37,680 nucleotides of DNA from Candidatus Methylomirabilia bacterium (GTDB lineage Bacteria; Methylomirabilota; Methylomirabilia; Rokubacteriales; CSP1-6): the NCBI GenBank assembly GCA_041492755.1, contig JBGPXN010000027.1, forward strand, positions 1 through 37,680. The letters run 5' to 3'. The notes beneath the pieces were generated by a model that made no database searches, was not told the origin of the DNA, and saw nothing but the letters and a program-made list of their open reading frames with translations. Both the position numbers and the translations under genes were made by a program. This document shows positions 26,465 to 35,741 of the stretch, piece after piece (position 1 is the first letter of the stretch; each line of letters opens with the position of its first letter).

Positions 26465-28366
26465 TCACGGCGCGCCGGCGTGGGCGCGGATGGCGGCCAG
26501 GAAGCGCTCGCCGAACGCGTCGAGCTTCCACTCGCCCACGCCCTTGACCTCCAGGAACGTCCCCGGCGTGAGCGGGCGCAGCCGCGCCATGTCGTGAAGT
26601 GACGTATCGCTGAAGATCACGTACGGCGGAACGCCGCGCTCCTCGGCGAGCGCCCGACGCACCAGCCGTAGCGCGTCGAACAGCGCGCGCTCGTCGCCGC
26701 CGTCGACCGGCGGGCCGGCCGCTGACGCCGCGCCCGGCCGGGCCGGCGCCGCCGCGCGAGCCGGGCGCGCCGGCCTGATCGTCCGCGAGAGCGGGCCGGC
26801 CGTCGCCTCACCGCGCAGGATGCGGCCGCCGCTGGCGGACACGCTGAGCGTCGGATACTCGTCCTCCGAGCGCAGCAGGTGGCCCTGCCCGAGGAGCTGG
26901 TCGATCCAGGTCCGCACGTCGTGGCGGCTCGCCTCGCTCAGCGCGCCGTACGATCCGAGCCGCTCGTGGCGCAGCGTGCGGATGCGCTCGGTCGAGGCGC
27001 CGGTCAGCACGTCGGCGACGTGGCCGCCGCCGAAGCGGCCGCGCAGCTCGGCGACCGCGGACAGGATCGCGCGCGCGAGCGTGTCGGAATCCTCCGCCAC
27101 CGCCACCTCGCCGAGGCAGACGTCGCACGCCGGGCAGGTCGTGAGCTCGTAACTCTCGCCGAAGTAGCGGACGAGCGCGCGGTGCCGGCACGCCGGCTCG
27201 CGACAGAACGCGAACACCTCGCCGAGCTTGCGCAGCGCCCCGGGCGGCGGCTCGCCTTCCGACTCGAGCACCGATTTCCAGAGTCCGTAGTCGCCGCCGC
27301 TCCAGAGGAGCACGCACTCCGCGGGCAACCCGTCGCGCCCGGCCCGCCCGGCTTCCTGCTGGTAGTGCTCGATCGACTTGGGCATCGCGGCGTGCACGAC
27401 GTAGCGGACGTTGGAGCGATCGATCCCCATCCCGAACGCCACCGTGGCCACGACGACGTCCGCCCGCTCGGCGACGAACGCCTCCTGGTTTGCCCGCCGC
27501 GTCGCGTCCGGCAGCCCCGCGTGATACGGAAGCGCCCGGAGACCGCGCCGCTGGAGCGCGCCGGCCAGCTCGTCCACCTCCGCGCGCCGAATGCAGTAGA
27601 CGATGCCGGCCTGCCCGCGATGACGGTCGACGACGGCGAGGATCTGCGGCAACCGATCGACGCGCGGCTGCACGCGATAGAGGAGATTCGGACGATCCAC
27701 CGGCCCGACGAGCACGCGCGGATCCTTCAAGCCGAGCTCGGCGACGATGTCCCGGCGCACCTCCGGCGTGGCCGTCGCGGTGTAGGCGTGCACGGCGGTA
27801 TCGGGGAAGAGCGTCTTGAGCGTGCGGAGCTGGCGGTACTCCGGTCGGAAGTCGTGGCCCCACTGGCTGATGCAGTGCGCTTCGTCGACGGCGAAGAACG
27901 CGGGCTTCAGCGCCCGCAGGCGCTCGGTGAAACCCGGCGCCACCAGCCGCTCGGGGGCGACGTAGAGCAGCCGCACCCGCCCGGCGGCGAGCGCGCGCTC
28001 GACCATCCCGCGCTCGTCGCGGCTCTGGCTGCTGTTGAGATACGCCGCGGCCACGCCCGCCTCGCGCAGCCCGTCGACCTGGTCCTTCATGAGCGCGATC
28101 AGCGGCGAGACCACGACGGCCAGGCGCTCGAGGTGGACCGCCGGCACCTGGTAGCACAGCGACTTGCCCCCGCCCGTCGACAGCACGACGAGACTGTCGC
28201 GTCCGTCGAGCACGGCGTGCACGGCGTCCTGCTGCAGCGGCAGGAAGCCGCGATAGCCCCACACGCGCTGGAGAATCTGAAGGAGCGCGCCTTCGCGGGG
28301 CTCGCGCGCGAGGCCGGGTAGCGCGGGTTGCACGGCCGCATCCACGTCACGCTTACGATCGAGCAT
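26465..28366 (-). CDS. recQ: ATP-dependent DNA helicase RecQ
   Basis: Motifs [49 protein letters not shown], Zn-binding CRH/C..CD.C, and HRDC (VPPYVIFSD). ATG 28366 has TAAGAT 7 nt upstream. Confidence 0.95.
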   Translation of the reverse strand: MLDRKRDVDAAVQPALPGLAREPREGALLQILQRVWGYRGFLPLQQDAVHAVLDGRDSLVVLSTGGGKSLCYQVPAVHLERLAVVVSPLIALMKDQVDGLREAGVAAAYLNSSQSRDERGMVERALAAGRVRLLYVAPERLVAPGFTERLRALKPAFFAVDEAHCISQWGHDFRPEYRQLRTLKTLFPDTAVHAYTATATPEVRRDIVAELGLKDPRVLVGPVDRPNLLYRVQPRVDRLPQILAVVDRHRGQAGIVYCIRRAEVDELAGALQRRGLRALPYHAGLPDATRRANQEAFVAERADVVVATVAFGMGIDRSNVRYVVHAAMPKSIEHYQQEAGRAGRDGLPAECVLLWSGGDYGLWKSVLESEGEPPPGALRKLGEVFAFCREPACRHRALVRYFGESYELTTCPACDVCLGEVAVAEDSDTLARAILSAVAELRGRFGGGHVADVLTGASTERIRTLRHERLGSYGALSEASRHDVRTWIDQLLGQGHLLRSEDEYPTLSVSASGGRILRGEATAGPLSRTIRPARPARAAAPARPGAASAAGPPVDGGDERALFDALRLVRRALAEERGVPPYVIFSDTSLHDMARLRPLTPGTFLEVKGVGEWKLDAFGERFLAAIRAHAGAP

Positions 28367-28509
28367 GGCGGTCATCTTAGTACGCCGAGCCGGACGCGCG
28401 TAATGTCGCTGAAAAGTGACGGCGTTCGGCGCGCGCAAACGTTGACAAGCCGGCGGGCGGGGCATAGCGTCTCTGCCGTCTGGTCGAGCCCGCATTCTGG
28501 AGGCCGCAC

Positions 28510-28743
28510 ATGAAGACTCGCCCCGCCGCCCTCAGCCTCGTGATGGTGTTCCTGATCGCCACTACCGCCACCGCGGGGGCGAGCGGATTGCCGAGCGCGC
28601 CGCCCGAGCAGGTCGGTCTCTCCACCGAGCGGCTCGGCCGGCTGACGCGGGTGCTGAACGCCGAGATCGAGGCGGGCAAGATCCCTGGGGCCGTGGCGCT
28701 CGTCGCCCGCAAGCAGATGGTGCAGCAAGCCATCGTGGACTGA
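28510..28743 (+). pseudogene. Internally deleted beta-lactamase-family serine hydrolase
   Basis: SD ggagg, signal peptide and N-terminus PEQVGLSTERL...GKIPGAVALVARK are joined directly to a typical family C-terminus QMVQQAIVD. The SxxK core is absent. Confidence 0.7.
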
Positions 28744-28751
28744 TCGGCGGG

Positions 28752-29801
28752 CTGATCCCGCTGAACATTCGCGAGCACGTCGCGCTCGCGCCCTTCTGCA
28801 CCCTCGGGGTCGGCGGGCCCGCGCGCTTCTTCCTGGAGGCCCTCGACGAGGGCACCGTGCTCGCGGCCCACGCGTGGGCCCGCGAGCGCGGGGTCCGGCT
28901 CCTCATCCTGGGCGGAGGGTCCAACCTGGTCGTAGACGACGACGGGGTCGACGCGCTGGTCGTCCGCATTGGCTTGCGTGGATCGACGACACGCACCGGC
29001 CGGGACGGCGTCGAGGTGATGGCGGCGGCCGGTGAACCGTGGGACGATCTCGTCCGCGTCACCGTCGTCCAGGGCTGGGCCGGCCTCGAGTGTCTCAGCG
29101 GGATCCCCGGACTCGTCGGCGCCACGCCCATTCAGAACGTCGGCGCTTATGGTCAGGACGTCAGCGACACCATCACCGACGTGCGCGCGCTCGACACCAC
29201 ACGCGGCGAGGTCGTCACCCTGGCCAACGCCGATTGCAAGTTTGCGTACCGCGACAGTCGCTTCAAACGCGAGGAGCCGGGGCGCTACGTCGTCCTGTCC
29301 GTCACCTACCGACTGACCCCGAACGCACCGCCGACGGTGCGCTACGCGGAGGTGTCGCGACATCTGGAGACGCGCGGCGTCCCCCAGCCGACGGTGGGCG
29401 ACGTGCGCGACAGCGTGCTGACCATCCGGCGCTCCAAGTCGATGGTGATCGACGCCGGCGATCCAAATCGCCGAAGCTGCGGCTCCTTTTTCGTCAATCC
29501 GATCGTGACGGCGGAGGACGCGCGACGAGTTGCCGAGCGCACCGGTGAGCCGGGGATGCCGTCGTGGCCGGAGCGGGACGGTCGCGTGAAGCTCTCCGCG
29601 GCCTGGCTGATCGAGCGCGCGGGATTCCAGCGCGGGCACCGTGAGGGCCCGGTGGGACTGTCGACGCGCCACGCGCTGGCCGTCGTCGCCCACGACGCCG
29701 CGCGCGCACGGGACGTCGTGGCGTTCGCGCGGCAGGTACAGGATGCCGTGGAGGAACGCTTCGGCGTCCGGCTCACGCCGGAGCCGGTGATGTGGCCCTG
29801 A
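28752..29801 (+). CDS. murB: UDP-N-acetylenolpyruvoylglucosamine reductase
   Basis: Motifs LGGGSNL, GLECLSGIPG.VGATPIQNVGAYG, F.YRDS.FK, SCGSFFVNP, KLSAAWLIE, L.PEP. The conserved N-terminus LAPFCTLGVGGPARF lies upstream of the first GTG (28857), so the start is probably a CTG (28740, 28752 or 28761). Confidence 0.92.
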   Translation: MIPLNIREHVALAPFCTLGVGGPARFFLEALDEGTVLAAHAWARERGVRLLILGGGSNLVVDDDGVDALVVRIGLRGSTTRTGRDGVEVMAAAGEPWDDLVRVTVVQGWAGLECLSGIPGLVGATPIQNVGAYGQDVSDTITDVRALDTTRGEVVTLANADCKFAYRDSRFKREEPGRYVVLSVTYRLTPNAPPTVRYAEVSRHLETRGVPQPTVGDVRDSVLTIRRSKSMVIDAGDPNRRSCGSFFVNPIVTAEDARRVAERTGEPGMPSWPERDGRVKLSAAWLIERAGFQRGHREGPVGLSTRHALAVVAHDAARARDVVAFARQVQDAVEERFGVRLTPEPVMWP

Positions 29802-29856
29802 AGCACAGCGCGGAGGCACTCGCCCTCGCCGCGCGTTCGCCGTACACTTAGCCGCC

Positions 29857-30486
29857 ATGCCCCGGACGTCCACCCTCGTGCTGCTCGTGCGGCATGGACT
29901 CACCCCCACGACCGGCAAGCTCCTGCCCGGGCGCGCGCCCGGTTTGCATCTCGCCGAGGAGGGCCGGCGCCAGGCCGATGCCCTCGCCGCGCGCATCGCC
30001 AAGCTGAAGAAGGTGGCCGCGATCTACAGCTCGCCGATCGAGCGGGCGCGCGAGACCGCCGCGCCCATCGCGCGCGCCCGGCACCTCGCGCTGCGCATCG
30101 AGCGCGGGCTCATGGAGGCCGACGTGGGGGAGTGGACCGGCAAGTCGCTCAACCGCCTGCGCCTGCGGCCGGAGTGGCGCACGGTCCAGCACCATCCCGG
30201 GGGCTTTCGCTTCCCGGGCGGTGAATCGTTTACCGAGCTTCAGGCGCGCATCGTGTCGACGCTGAGCCGACTCGCCGAGCAGCATCGCGGACAAACGATC
30301 GTGGCCGTCTCGCACGCCGATCCCATCAAGCTCGCGGTCACCCACGCGATGGGCACGCACGTCGATCTCTTCCAGCGCGTCGCCATCGGGCTCTGCTCGG
30401 TGAGCGCGGTCGTCTACCGGCCGGAGGGGCCACTCGTGCTCACCGTCAACTCCATGGATGGCGATCTCGCCGCGTTCGGCGCATGA
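29857..30486 (+). CDS. Histidine phosphatase, MSMEG_4193-family putative phosphomutase
   Basis: Motifs LVRHG, SSPIERARETA, FPGGES, VSHADPIK, HVDLFQR. Genomic context fits the family. Confidence 0.85.
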   Translation: MPRTSTLVLLVRHGLTPTTGKLLPGRAPGLHLAEEGRRQADALAARIAKLKKVAAIYSSPIERARETAAPIARARHLALRIERGLMEADVGEWTGKSLNRLRLRPEWRTVQHHPGGFRFPGGESFTELQARIVSTLSRLAEQHRGQTIVAVSHADPIKLAVTHAMGTHVDLFQRVAIGLCSVSAVVYRPEGPLVLTVNSMDGDLAAFGA

Positions 30487-31034
30487 GCGCGTCGTTCGAA
30501 CTCGAGGCGCCCGAGCACTTCACGGCCGGCGCGGTGGGACAGCCGGGCCAGCGCGTGTTCTATCTGCAAGCGCGGCAGGGCACGTCACTCGTCACGCTCA
30601 AGTGCGAGAAGGGACAGGTCGGCGCGCTCGGCGAGTACCTGGCCGGGCTGCTCGTGCGCATCGGCCGTAGCGGCCCCGAGGGACGCGGCGAGCTGGAGCT
30701 GATCGAGCCGATCGAGCCCGCGTGGGCGGTCGGCTCGCTCGGCGTCGGGCACGACGAGAGCGACAACCGCATCATCGTCATTGCCAACGAGGTCGTGGAG
30801 GAAGTGGAAGAGGAGGACGGGACCTCGGGCGAGCCGGCGCCGGCCCGCGAGCCAGCGATCGAGCCGGCGACGGCGCGGTTCCACATCACGCCGGCCCAGG
30901 CCGCCACCTTCGTCGCGCGGGCCCGCGCGCTGCTCAAGGCGGGCCGGCCGGTCTGCCCGATGTGCGGCCGCTCCAGGGACGCCGAGGGCCACGTCTGCCC
31001 TCGCGCCAATGGCCACGCCCGGCCGACGGAATGA
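30483..31034 (+). CDS. DUF3090-family protein
   Basis: Motifs FTAGAVGQPGQRVFYLQAR, KCEKGQV, AGRPVCPMCG...GHVCPRANGH. Confidence 0.85.
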   Translation: MSASFELEAPEHFTAGAVGQPGQRVFYLQARQGTSLVTLKCEKGQVGALGEYLAGLLVRIGRSGPEGRGELELIEPIEPAWAVGSLGVGHDESDNRIIVIANEVVEEVEEEDGTSGEPAPAREPAIEPATARFHITPAQAATFVARARALLKAGRPVCPMCGRSRDAEGHVCPRANGHARPTE

Positions 31035-31791
31035 CCGCCGCCGCCGGCGGTCGGAACCCACCCGCGAGGGGCCGACAGAGGTAGCGGGGCCGGCGGTCAC
31101 GGCCGCGCGGCTCCTCGCCGAGGGCGAGATCACCGTGCGCGGCCGCCTTCCCGGCAGCAGCAACGCGACGTTCCTGGTGGAGAGCGCGCTCGACGGCGTG
31201 GCCATCCTCGGCGTGTACAAGCCGCTGAAGGGCGAGCGCCCGCTGTGGGATTTCCCCCGCGGATTGTTCAAGCGCGAGATCGCGGCCTATCACCTGTCGG
31301 ACGCGCTCGGCTGGGACCTGGTGCCGCTCACCTTGCGGCGCGACGGACCATTCGGCGACGGGTCGCTGCAGCTCTTCGTGCATGCGGACTTCGAGCAGCA
31401 CTACTTCACGCTGCGGCAGGACCGCGCGCACCACGAGCGGCTCAAGAAGATCTGCGCGTTCGACGTCCTGGCCAACAACGCCGACCGCAAGAGCGGCCAC
31501 TGCCTGCTCGACGGCGACGGCGCCATCTTCGCCATCGACAATGGCCTCAGCTTCCACGTCCACGACAAGCTGCGCACCGTCATCTGGGACTTCGCGGGCG
31601 AGCCCGTCCCGGAGCCGATCCTCGCCGACGTGCGCCGGCTGGCCCAGGGCCGGTTGCCGGCGCGGCTCGCCGAGCTGCTGGTGGAGGACGAGCAGCTCGC
31701 GCTGCTGGAGCGGGCGGAGGCGCTGCTGGAGGACGGGCGCTTCCCGGTGGACGACGGCAGCGAGCGGCGCTACCCCTGGCCGCTGGTGTGA
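31031..31791 (+). CDS. SCO1664-family protein (PI3/PI4-kinase-like fold); start uncertain
   Basis: Motifs SSNATF, VYKP..GERPLWDFP, REIAAY, FD...NNADRKSGH, IDNGLSF, KLRTVIWDF, YPWPLV. The coupled ATG at 31031 is out of frame with the conserved body and the first in-frame GTG past the upstream gene is 31135. Confidence 0.85.
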
Positions 31792-33392
31792 AGCGCATAC
31801 ACTTCCACCTCGGCTGACTTTCCTTTCACCTTGACCAACGGCTGCGGCTCGAGGGCGTACCGGCCGTGCAGGCGGCGGCGCGTGCTGTCGCTCACGAGGA
31901 TGTCGGTTCGTAGATCTTTCGACAGCCCCTGGATGCGCGAGGCCAGATTCACCGCGTCGCCGACGAGCGCATAGGACAGGCGCGCGCTGCTGCCGATGGT
32001 GGCGGCGAGGACGGCGCCGGTGTGCACGCCGATCCCGTGGCGCAGCGTGTGCGCGCCGCGCCGTTCGCGCGCCGCGTTCCATGCGTGAAGCCGCTCCCGC
32101 ATCTCGAGCGCCGCGCGCACGGCATGGTCGGCGTGCTCGGCGTCCGGCACCGGCGCGCCGAACACCGCCTCGCTCTCGTCGCCGATGTATTGCAGCACGA
32201 GCCCACCGTGCCGCCGGATGGCGGCTTCCATCTCGGTGAAGTAGGCGTTCAGGTCGCGCACGACCTCGCGCGGGTCGCTCGCCTCCACCCACGGCGTGAA
32301 CTCGCGCAGGTCCGCGAACAGGATCGTCGCCTCCACCTGCTTGCCCTCGAGCGACAGGCGGCCGGCCATGATCTCGTCGCGGATCTCGGGCGTCACGTAC
32401 TTGCCGAAGGTGTCGCGTAACCGCTCGCGGTCTTGCAGCCCCTGCACCATCCGGTTGAAGCCCTCCGCGAGCGCGCCCGTCTCGTCGCTGGCCACGATCG
32501 GACAGCGCGTATCGAGCTGCCCGTGCTCGACCGCCGCCAGCGCGTCTTGCAGCGTCGCCAGCGGGCGACCGACACTGCCCGCCACGAGGACGGAGATGGT
32601 CGCGGCGGTCAGCGCGCCCATGGCGGTGATGAAGACGACGAGCATCAGGAGGTTGTCGACCAGCGCCAGCGCGCTCATCGGGTCGGCCCGCAGCAGCGCG
32701 GCGGCCCGGGTGTAGCTGACGACGCCAAGCGCGGACAGTGGCACGATGCTCACCACCAGGAACACCAGCAGCAGGCGACCCCGGACCGACAATCGCCCCG
32801 AGGGCGACGCCGCGCTCAGCATCCCCTCGGGGAAGAAGCGCGGCAGCACCAGCCGCCATTGCCGCTCGATCGCGAAGAAGATGAAGGCGGTGGTGACCGT
32901 CCCCGCGATGCCGGTGATGCCGACGATCGAGCGCAGCGAGCGGCCGAGGCTGAAGTGACCGGAGACCAGCGGCCACAGCACCCCCCACATGAGCCCGGCC
33001 ACGACCCAGCCCACGAGGGTGATCCCGGCGAACGTGTACGGCAGCAGGATGGCGCGGCGCCGCACTTCGGGATCGAGCCCGGCCCCCGTCCGGGCCGCGA
33101 TGATGGGTCGCGCCCACCGGATCCCATAGACGTATCCGACCGCCGCGATCACGGCGAAGCCGGCGATGAAGTAGACGATCTCGAATGGCGTGACCATGCC
33201 GGACTCGCGCACGTCCGCCATGTCGACGAAGCGGAAGTAGACGAACGTGAGGACGGCGCCCAGGAGGTTGCCGATCCCGTTGATCCGGAGGAGCCGGCGG
33301 GACAGGCGGCTGTCGGCGAGCGCCGTCAGGACGGCGGCCGGCCGCGTCGTCGCCGGGGCGGGCGGAGGGGTCGCCGTGTCGGCCCCGCTCAC
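31770..33392 (-). CDS. Membrane-bound class III nucleotide cyclase with HAMP domain
   Basis: About 6 TM segments, HAMP (DETGALAEGFNRM), and motifs ILFADLREFT, YIGD, GIGVHTG, GDAVNLASRIQ. Confidence 0.9.
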   Translation of the reverse strand: MSGADTATPPPAPATTRPAAVLTALADSRLSRRLLRINGIGNLLGAVLTFVYFRFVDMADVRESGMVTPFEIVYFIAGFAVIAAVGYVYGIRWARPIIAARTGAGLDPEVRRRAILLPYTFAGITLVGWVVAGLMWGVLWPLVSGHFSLGRSLRSIVGITGIAGTVTTAFIFFAIERQWRLVLPRFFPEGMLSAASPSGRLSVRGRLLLVFLVVSIVPLSALGVVSYTRAAALLRADPMSALALVDNLLMLVVFITAMGALTAATISVLVAGSVGRPLATLQDALAAVEHGQLDTRCPIVASDETGALAEGFNRMVQGLQDRERLRDTFGKYVTPEIRDEIMAGRLSLEGKQVEATILFADLREFTPWVEASDPREVVRDLNAYFTEMEAAIRRHGGLVLQYIGDESEAVFGAPVPDAEHADHAVRAALEMRERLHAWNAARERRGAHTLRHGIGVHTGAVLAATIGSSARLSYALVGDAVNLASRIQGLSKDLRTDILVSDSTRRRLHGRYALEPQPLVKVKGKSAEVEVYALHTSGQG

Positions 33393-33742
33393 GCGGTCGC
33401 TCCGCCCGCCGCCGGCGCGGCCGGCGATTTCAGCTCGATCTCGCCCGCCGATTTCAGCTCGATCTCGATGAAGACGAACTCGGAGGCGTTGGGATTGCGG
33501 ACGTCGTGCTCGACGCCGAGCGGGCGGAAGTACGGGTCACCGGCCGTGAGGCTGGCCGTGCTCTCGCCGGTCGCCGCGACGATCGAGAGCGGCCCCGTCG
33601 TCATCGGCACGACGACGTAGGGGTACTCGTGGCGGTGATGGCCCGTCGCCGTCCCCGGCGCGAACCGCCACTCGGTGACACGGACGTGGGCGTTGTCGAT
33701 CTTGACGGTGGCGACGGCCCGGCTGGCGCTCGGCTCGATCAT
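33389..33742 (-). CDS. Small cupin-domain protein
   Basis: Motif DNAHVRVTEWRFAPG.ATGHHRH.YPYVVVP...GVEHDV.N. TACTAT lies 5 nt before ATG 33742. Confidence 0.8.
   Translation of the reverse strand: MIEPSASRAVATVKIDNAHVRVTEWRFAPGTATGHHRHEYPYVVVPMTTGPLSIVAATGESTASLTAGDPYFRPLGVEHDVRNPNASEFVFIEIELKSAGEIELKSPAAPAAGGATA
33425..33467. repeat. 24-bp-period tandem duplication in the cupin 3' end
   Basis: cgatttcagctcgatctcg at 33425 and 33449, encoding EIELKS twice. Confidence 0.75.
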
Positions 33743-33857
33743 GCCGCATAGTATCCGCCCGGAGCGGACCCGGAAAGCCCGCTGACCGCTCCGGCACGTC
33801 CTCTGGGATCGACCGGGAATGTTCGTGCGGACCGACACGTAAAAGGAGGAGTACGTC

Positions 33858-34529
33858 ATGGGTGAAACGATTCAGTTGACCGCCGAGGACAGCCACCGTC
33901 TGGCCGGCTACCGCGCCACGCCGTCAGGAACGCCGCGCGGCGGGGTCGTCGTTATTCAGGAGATCTTCGGCGTCAACTCCCACATCAAGAAGCTGTGCGA
34001 CGGCTTTGCCGCCGACGGCTACGTCGCCCTCGCGCCCGCCATCTTCGACCGCGTCGAGCGCGACTACGCCACCGGCTACGCGCCGGCCGACATCGAGCGC
34101 GGCCGCGCCACCCGCGGCAAGCTCTCGATGGACGACGTCATGAAGGACACGCAGGCGGCCATCACCGAGCTGAAGCGCGCCGGCAAGCCGGTCGCCGTGG
34201 TCGGCTACTGCTTCGGCGGTACCGTCGCGTGGCTCTCGGCGACCCGGCTGAACGGCGTGTCGGCGGCGGTCGGCTACTACGGCGGTGGCATCGCCGACGC
34301 GGCCGAGGAGCAGCCGAAGGCGCCCGTGATGCTGCACTTCGGCGAGACCGACGCGTCGATCCCGAAGGAGCACTACGAGAAGGTGCAGAAGGTCCACCCC
34401 AAGCTGCCCGTCTTCATCTATCCCGCCGGCCACGGCTTCAGCTGCGACGAGCGTGGGTCGTACCATGCGCCGAGCGCGCAGCAGGCGCGCGAGCGAACGC
34501 TCGAGTTCCTGCGCAAGCACATCGGGTAG
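33858..34529 (+). CDS. Dienelactone hydrolase family protein
   Basis: Motifs VIQEIFGVN, GYCFGG, HFGETD, AGHGF. SD aaggagg. Confidence 0.92.
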   Translation: MGETIQLTAEDSHRLAGYRATPSGTPRGGVVVIQEIFGVNSHIKKLCDGFAADGYVALAPAIFDRVERDYATGYAPADIERGRATRGKLSMDDVMKDTQAAITELKRAGKPVAVVGYCFGGTVAWLSATRLNGVSAAVGYYGGGIADAAEEQPKAPVMLHFGETDASIPKEHYEKVQKVHPKLPVFIYPAGHGFSCDERGSYHAPSAQQARERTLEFLRKHIG

Positions 34530-34547
34530 CGCGACCCGTCAACGCAG

Positions 34548-35279
34548 GTGTCGAACGTGAGTGACGCGGTCAAGGCGCTCACGTTCGACACCTACGGGAC
34601 CGTCGTCGACTGGCGCAGCAGCGTGCTCGACGAGCTGGCGACGGTGGGCCGGCGACACCGGCTCACCGTCGACTGGCCCGCCTTCCTCTCCGAGTGGAAG
34701 GCGTGCTATCGCCCCGGCATGGACAAGGTCAACTCCGGCGAGTGGCCCTGGACCACCGTCGACGAGATCTACCGCCGCGCGCTGGTGAGCCTGCTCGACC
34801 GCCACGCCATCGCGCTGAGCGAGGAAGAGCTCGACGATCTCAGCCACGTGTGGTGGCGCTTGCGCCCGTGGCCGGATTCAGTAGCCGGCCTGACCCGGCT
34901 CAAGCAGCGCTACGTGATCACGCCGCTGTCCAATGCGAGCTTTGCCGGCATGATCCACCTCGCGCGCTTCGCTCGCCTGCCCTGGGACTGCGTGATCACG
35001 GCGGAGAACGCGCGCTGCTACAAGCCGCGGCCGGAGGCCTATCGCACCGCGATCAGGCTGCTGGGCCTCGCGCCGGATGACGTCATGATGGTCGCAGCGC
35101 ACAACTACGATCTGGCCGCGGCCCGCGCGGAAGGGATGCGGACCGCGTTCGTGCCGCGGCCGACGGAGTACGGTCCGGGACAGACCACCGACCTCGGACC
35201 CGAGCGCGACTGGGACGTGGTCGCGAAGGACCTGGAGGATCTCGCCCGCATACTGAACGCTGACAAACAGGAGCGCTGA
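34548..35279 (+). CDS. Haloacid dehalogenase type II family protein
   Basis: Motifs FDTYGTVVDW, L.PWPDS..GL, LSN, YKP.PEAY, MVAAH.YDL.AA. Confidence 0.88.
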   Translation: MSNVSDAVKALTFDTYGTVVDWRSSVLDELATVGRRHRLTVDWPAFLSEWKACYRPGMDKVNSGEWPWTTVDEIYRRALVSLLDRHAIALSEEELDDLSHVWWRLRPWPDSVAGLTRLKQRYVITPLSNASFAGMIHLARFARLPWDCVITAENARCYKPRPEAYRTAIRLLGLAPDDVMMVAAHNYDLAAARAEGMRTAFVPRPTEYGPGQTTDLGPERDWDVVAKDLEDLARILNADKQER

Positions 35280-35334
35280 CAACGAAGCGGCGGCGGCACG
35301 TCTGCGCCCATGACGGGCTGTAAACGCGCGGGGC

Positions 35335-35715
35335 TCAGACGAAGGCGATCGCTTCGATCTCCACGCGGGCGTTGGCCACGAGGCGCGAGCACTCGAAGGT
35401 GGTGCGCGCCGGCGGGTCGACGGGGAAGTACTGGCTGAAGACCTCGTTCATCTGCATGAGCTCGTTCAGGTCCGCCATGTAGATGGTGACCTTCACGACC
35501 CTGTCGAGCGACGAGCCCCCGGCCTCGAGCACGGCCTTGAGGTTCTCGAGGACCTGACGCGTCTCCGGGCCGATACCGCCCTCGGCCAGCTTGCCCGTGC
35601 GCGGATCGTTGCCGAGCTGGCCGGAGGCGAAGACCCAGTCGCCGGCCTTGATGCCTTGCGAGAGCGGCACGCGCGCGGGCGGGACCTTGGGGGTGTGGAC
35701 GACCTGCCGTTTCAT
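35335..35715 (-). CDS. RidA/YjgF family enamine/imine deaminase
   Basis: Motifs SQGIKAGDWVFASGQL, VVKVTIY, MNEVF, PPART, VEIEAIA. SD gagga precedes ATG 35715. Confidence 0.9.
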   Translation of the reverse strand: MKRQVVHTPKVPPARVPLSQGIKAGDWVFASGQLGNDPRTGKLAEGGIGPETRQVLENLKAVLEAGGSSLDRVVKVTIYMADLNELMQMNEVFSQYFPVDPPARTTFECSRLVANARVEIEAIAFV

Positions 35716-35741
35716 GCGCACGTCCTCTTGCGGGTGACGGC

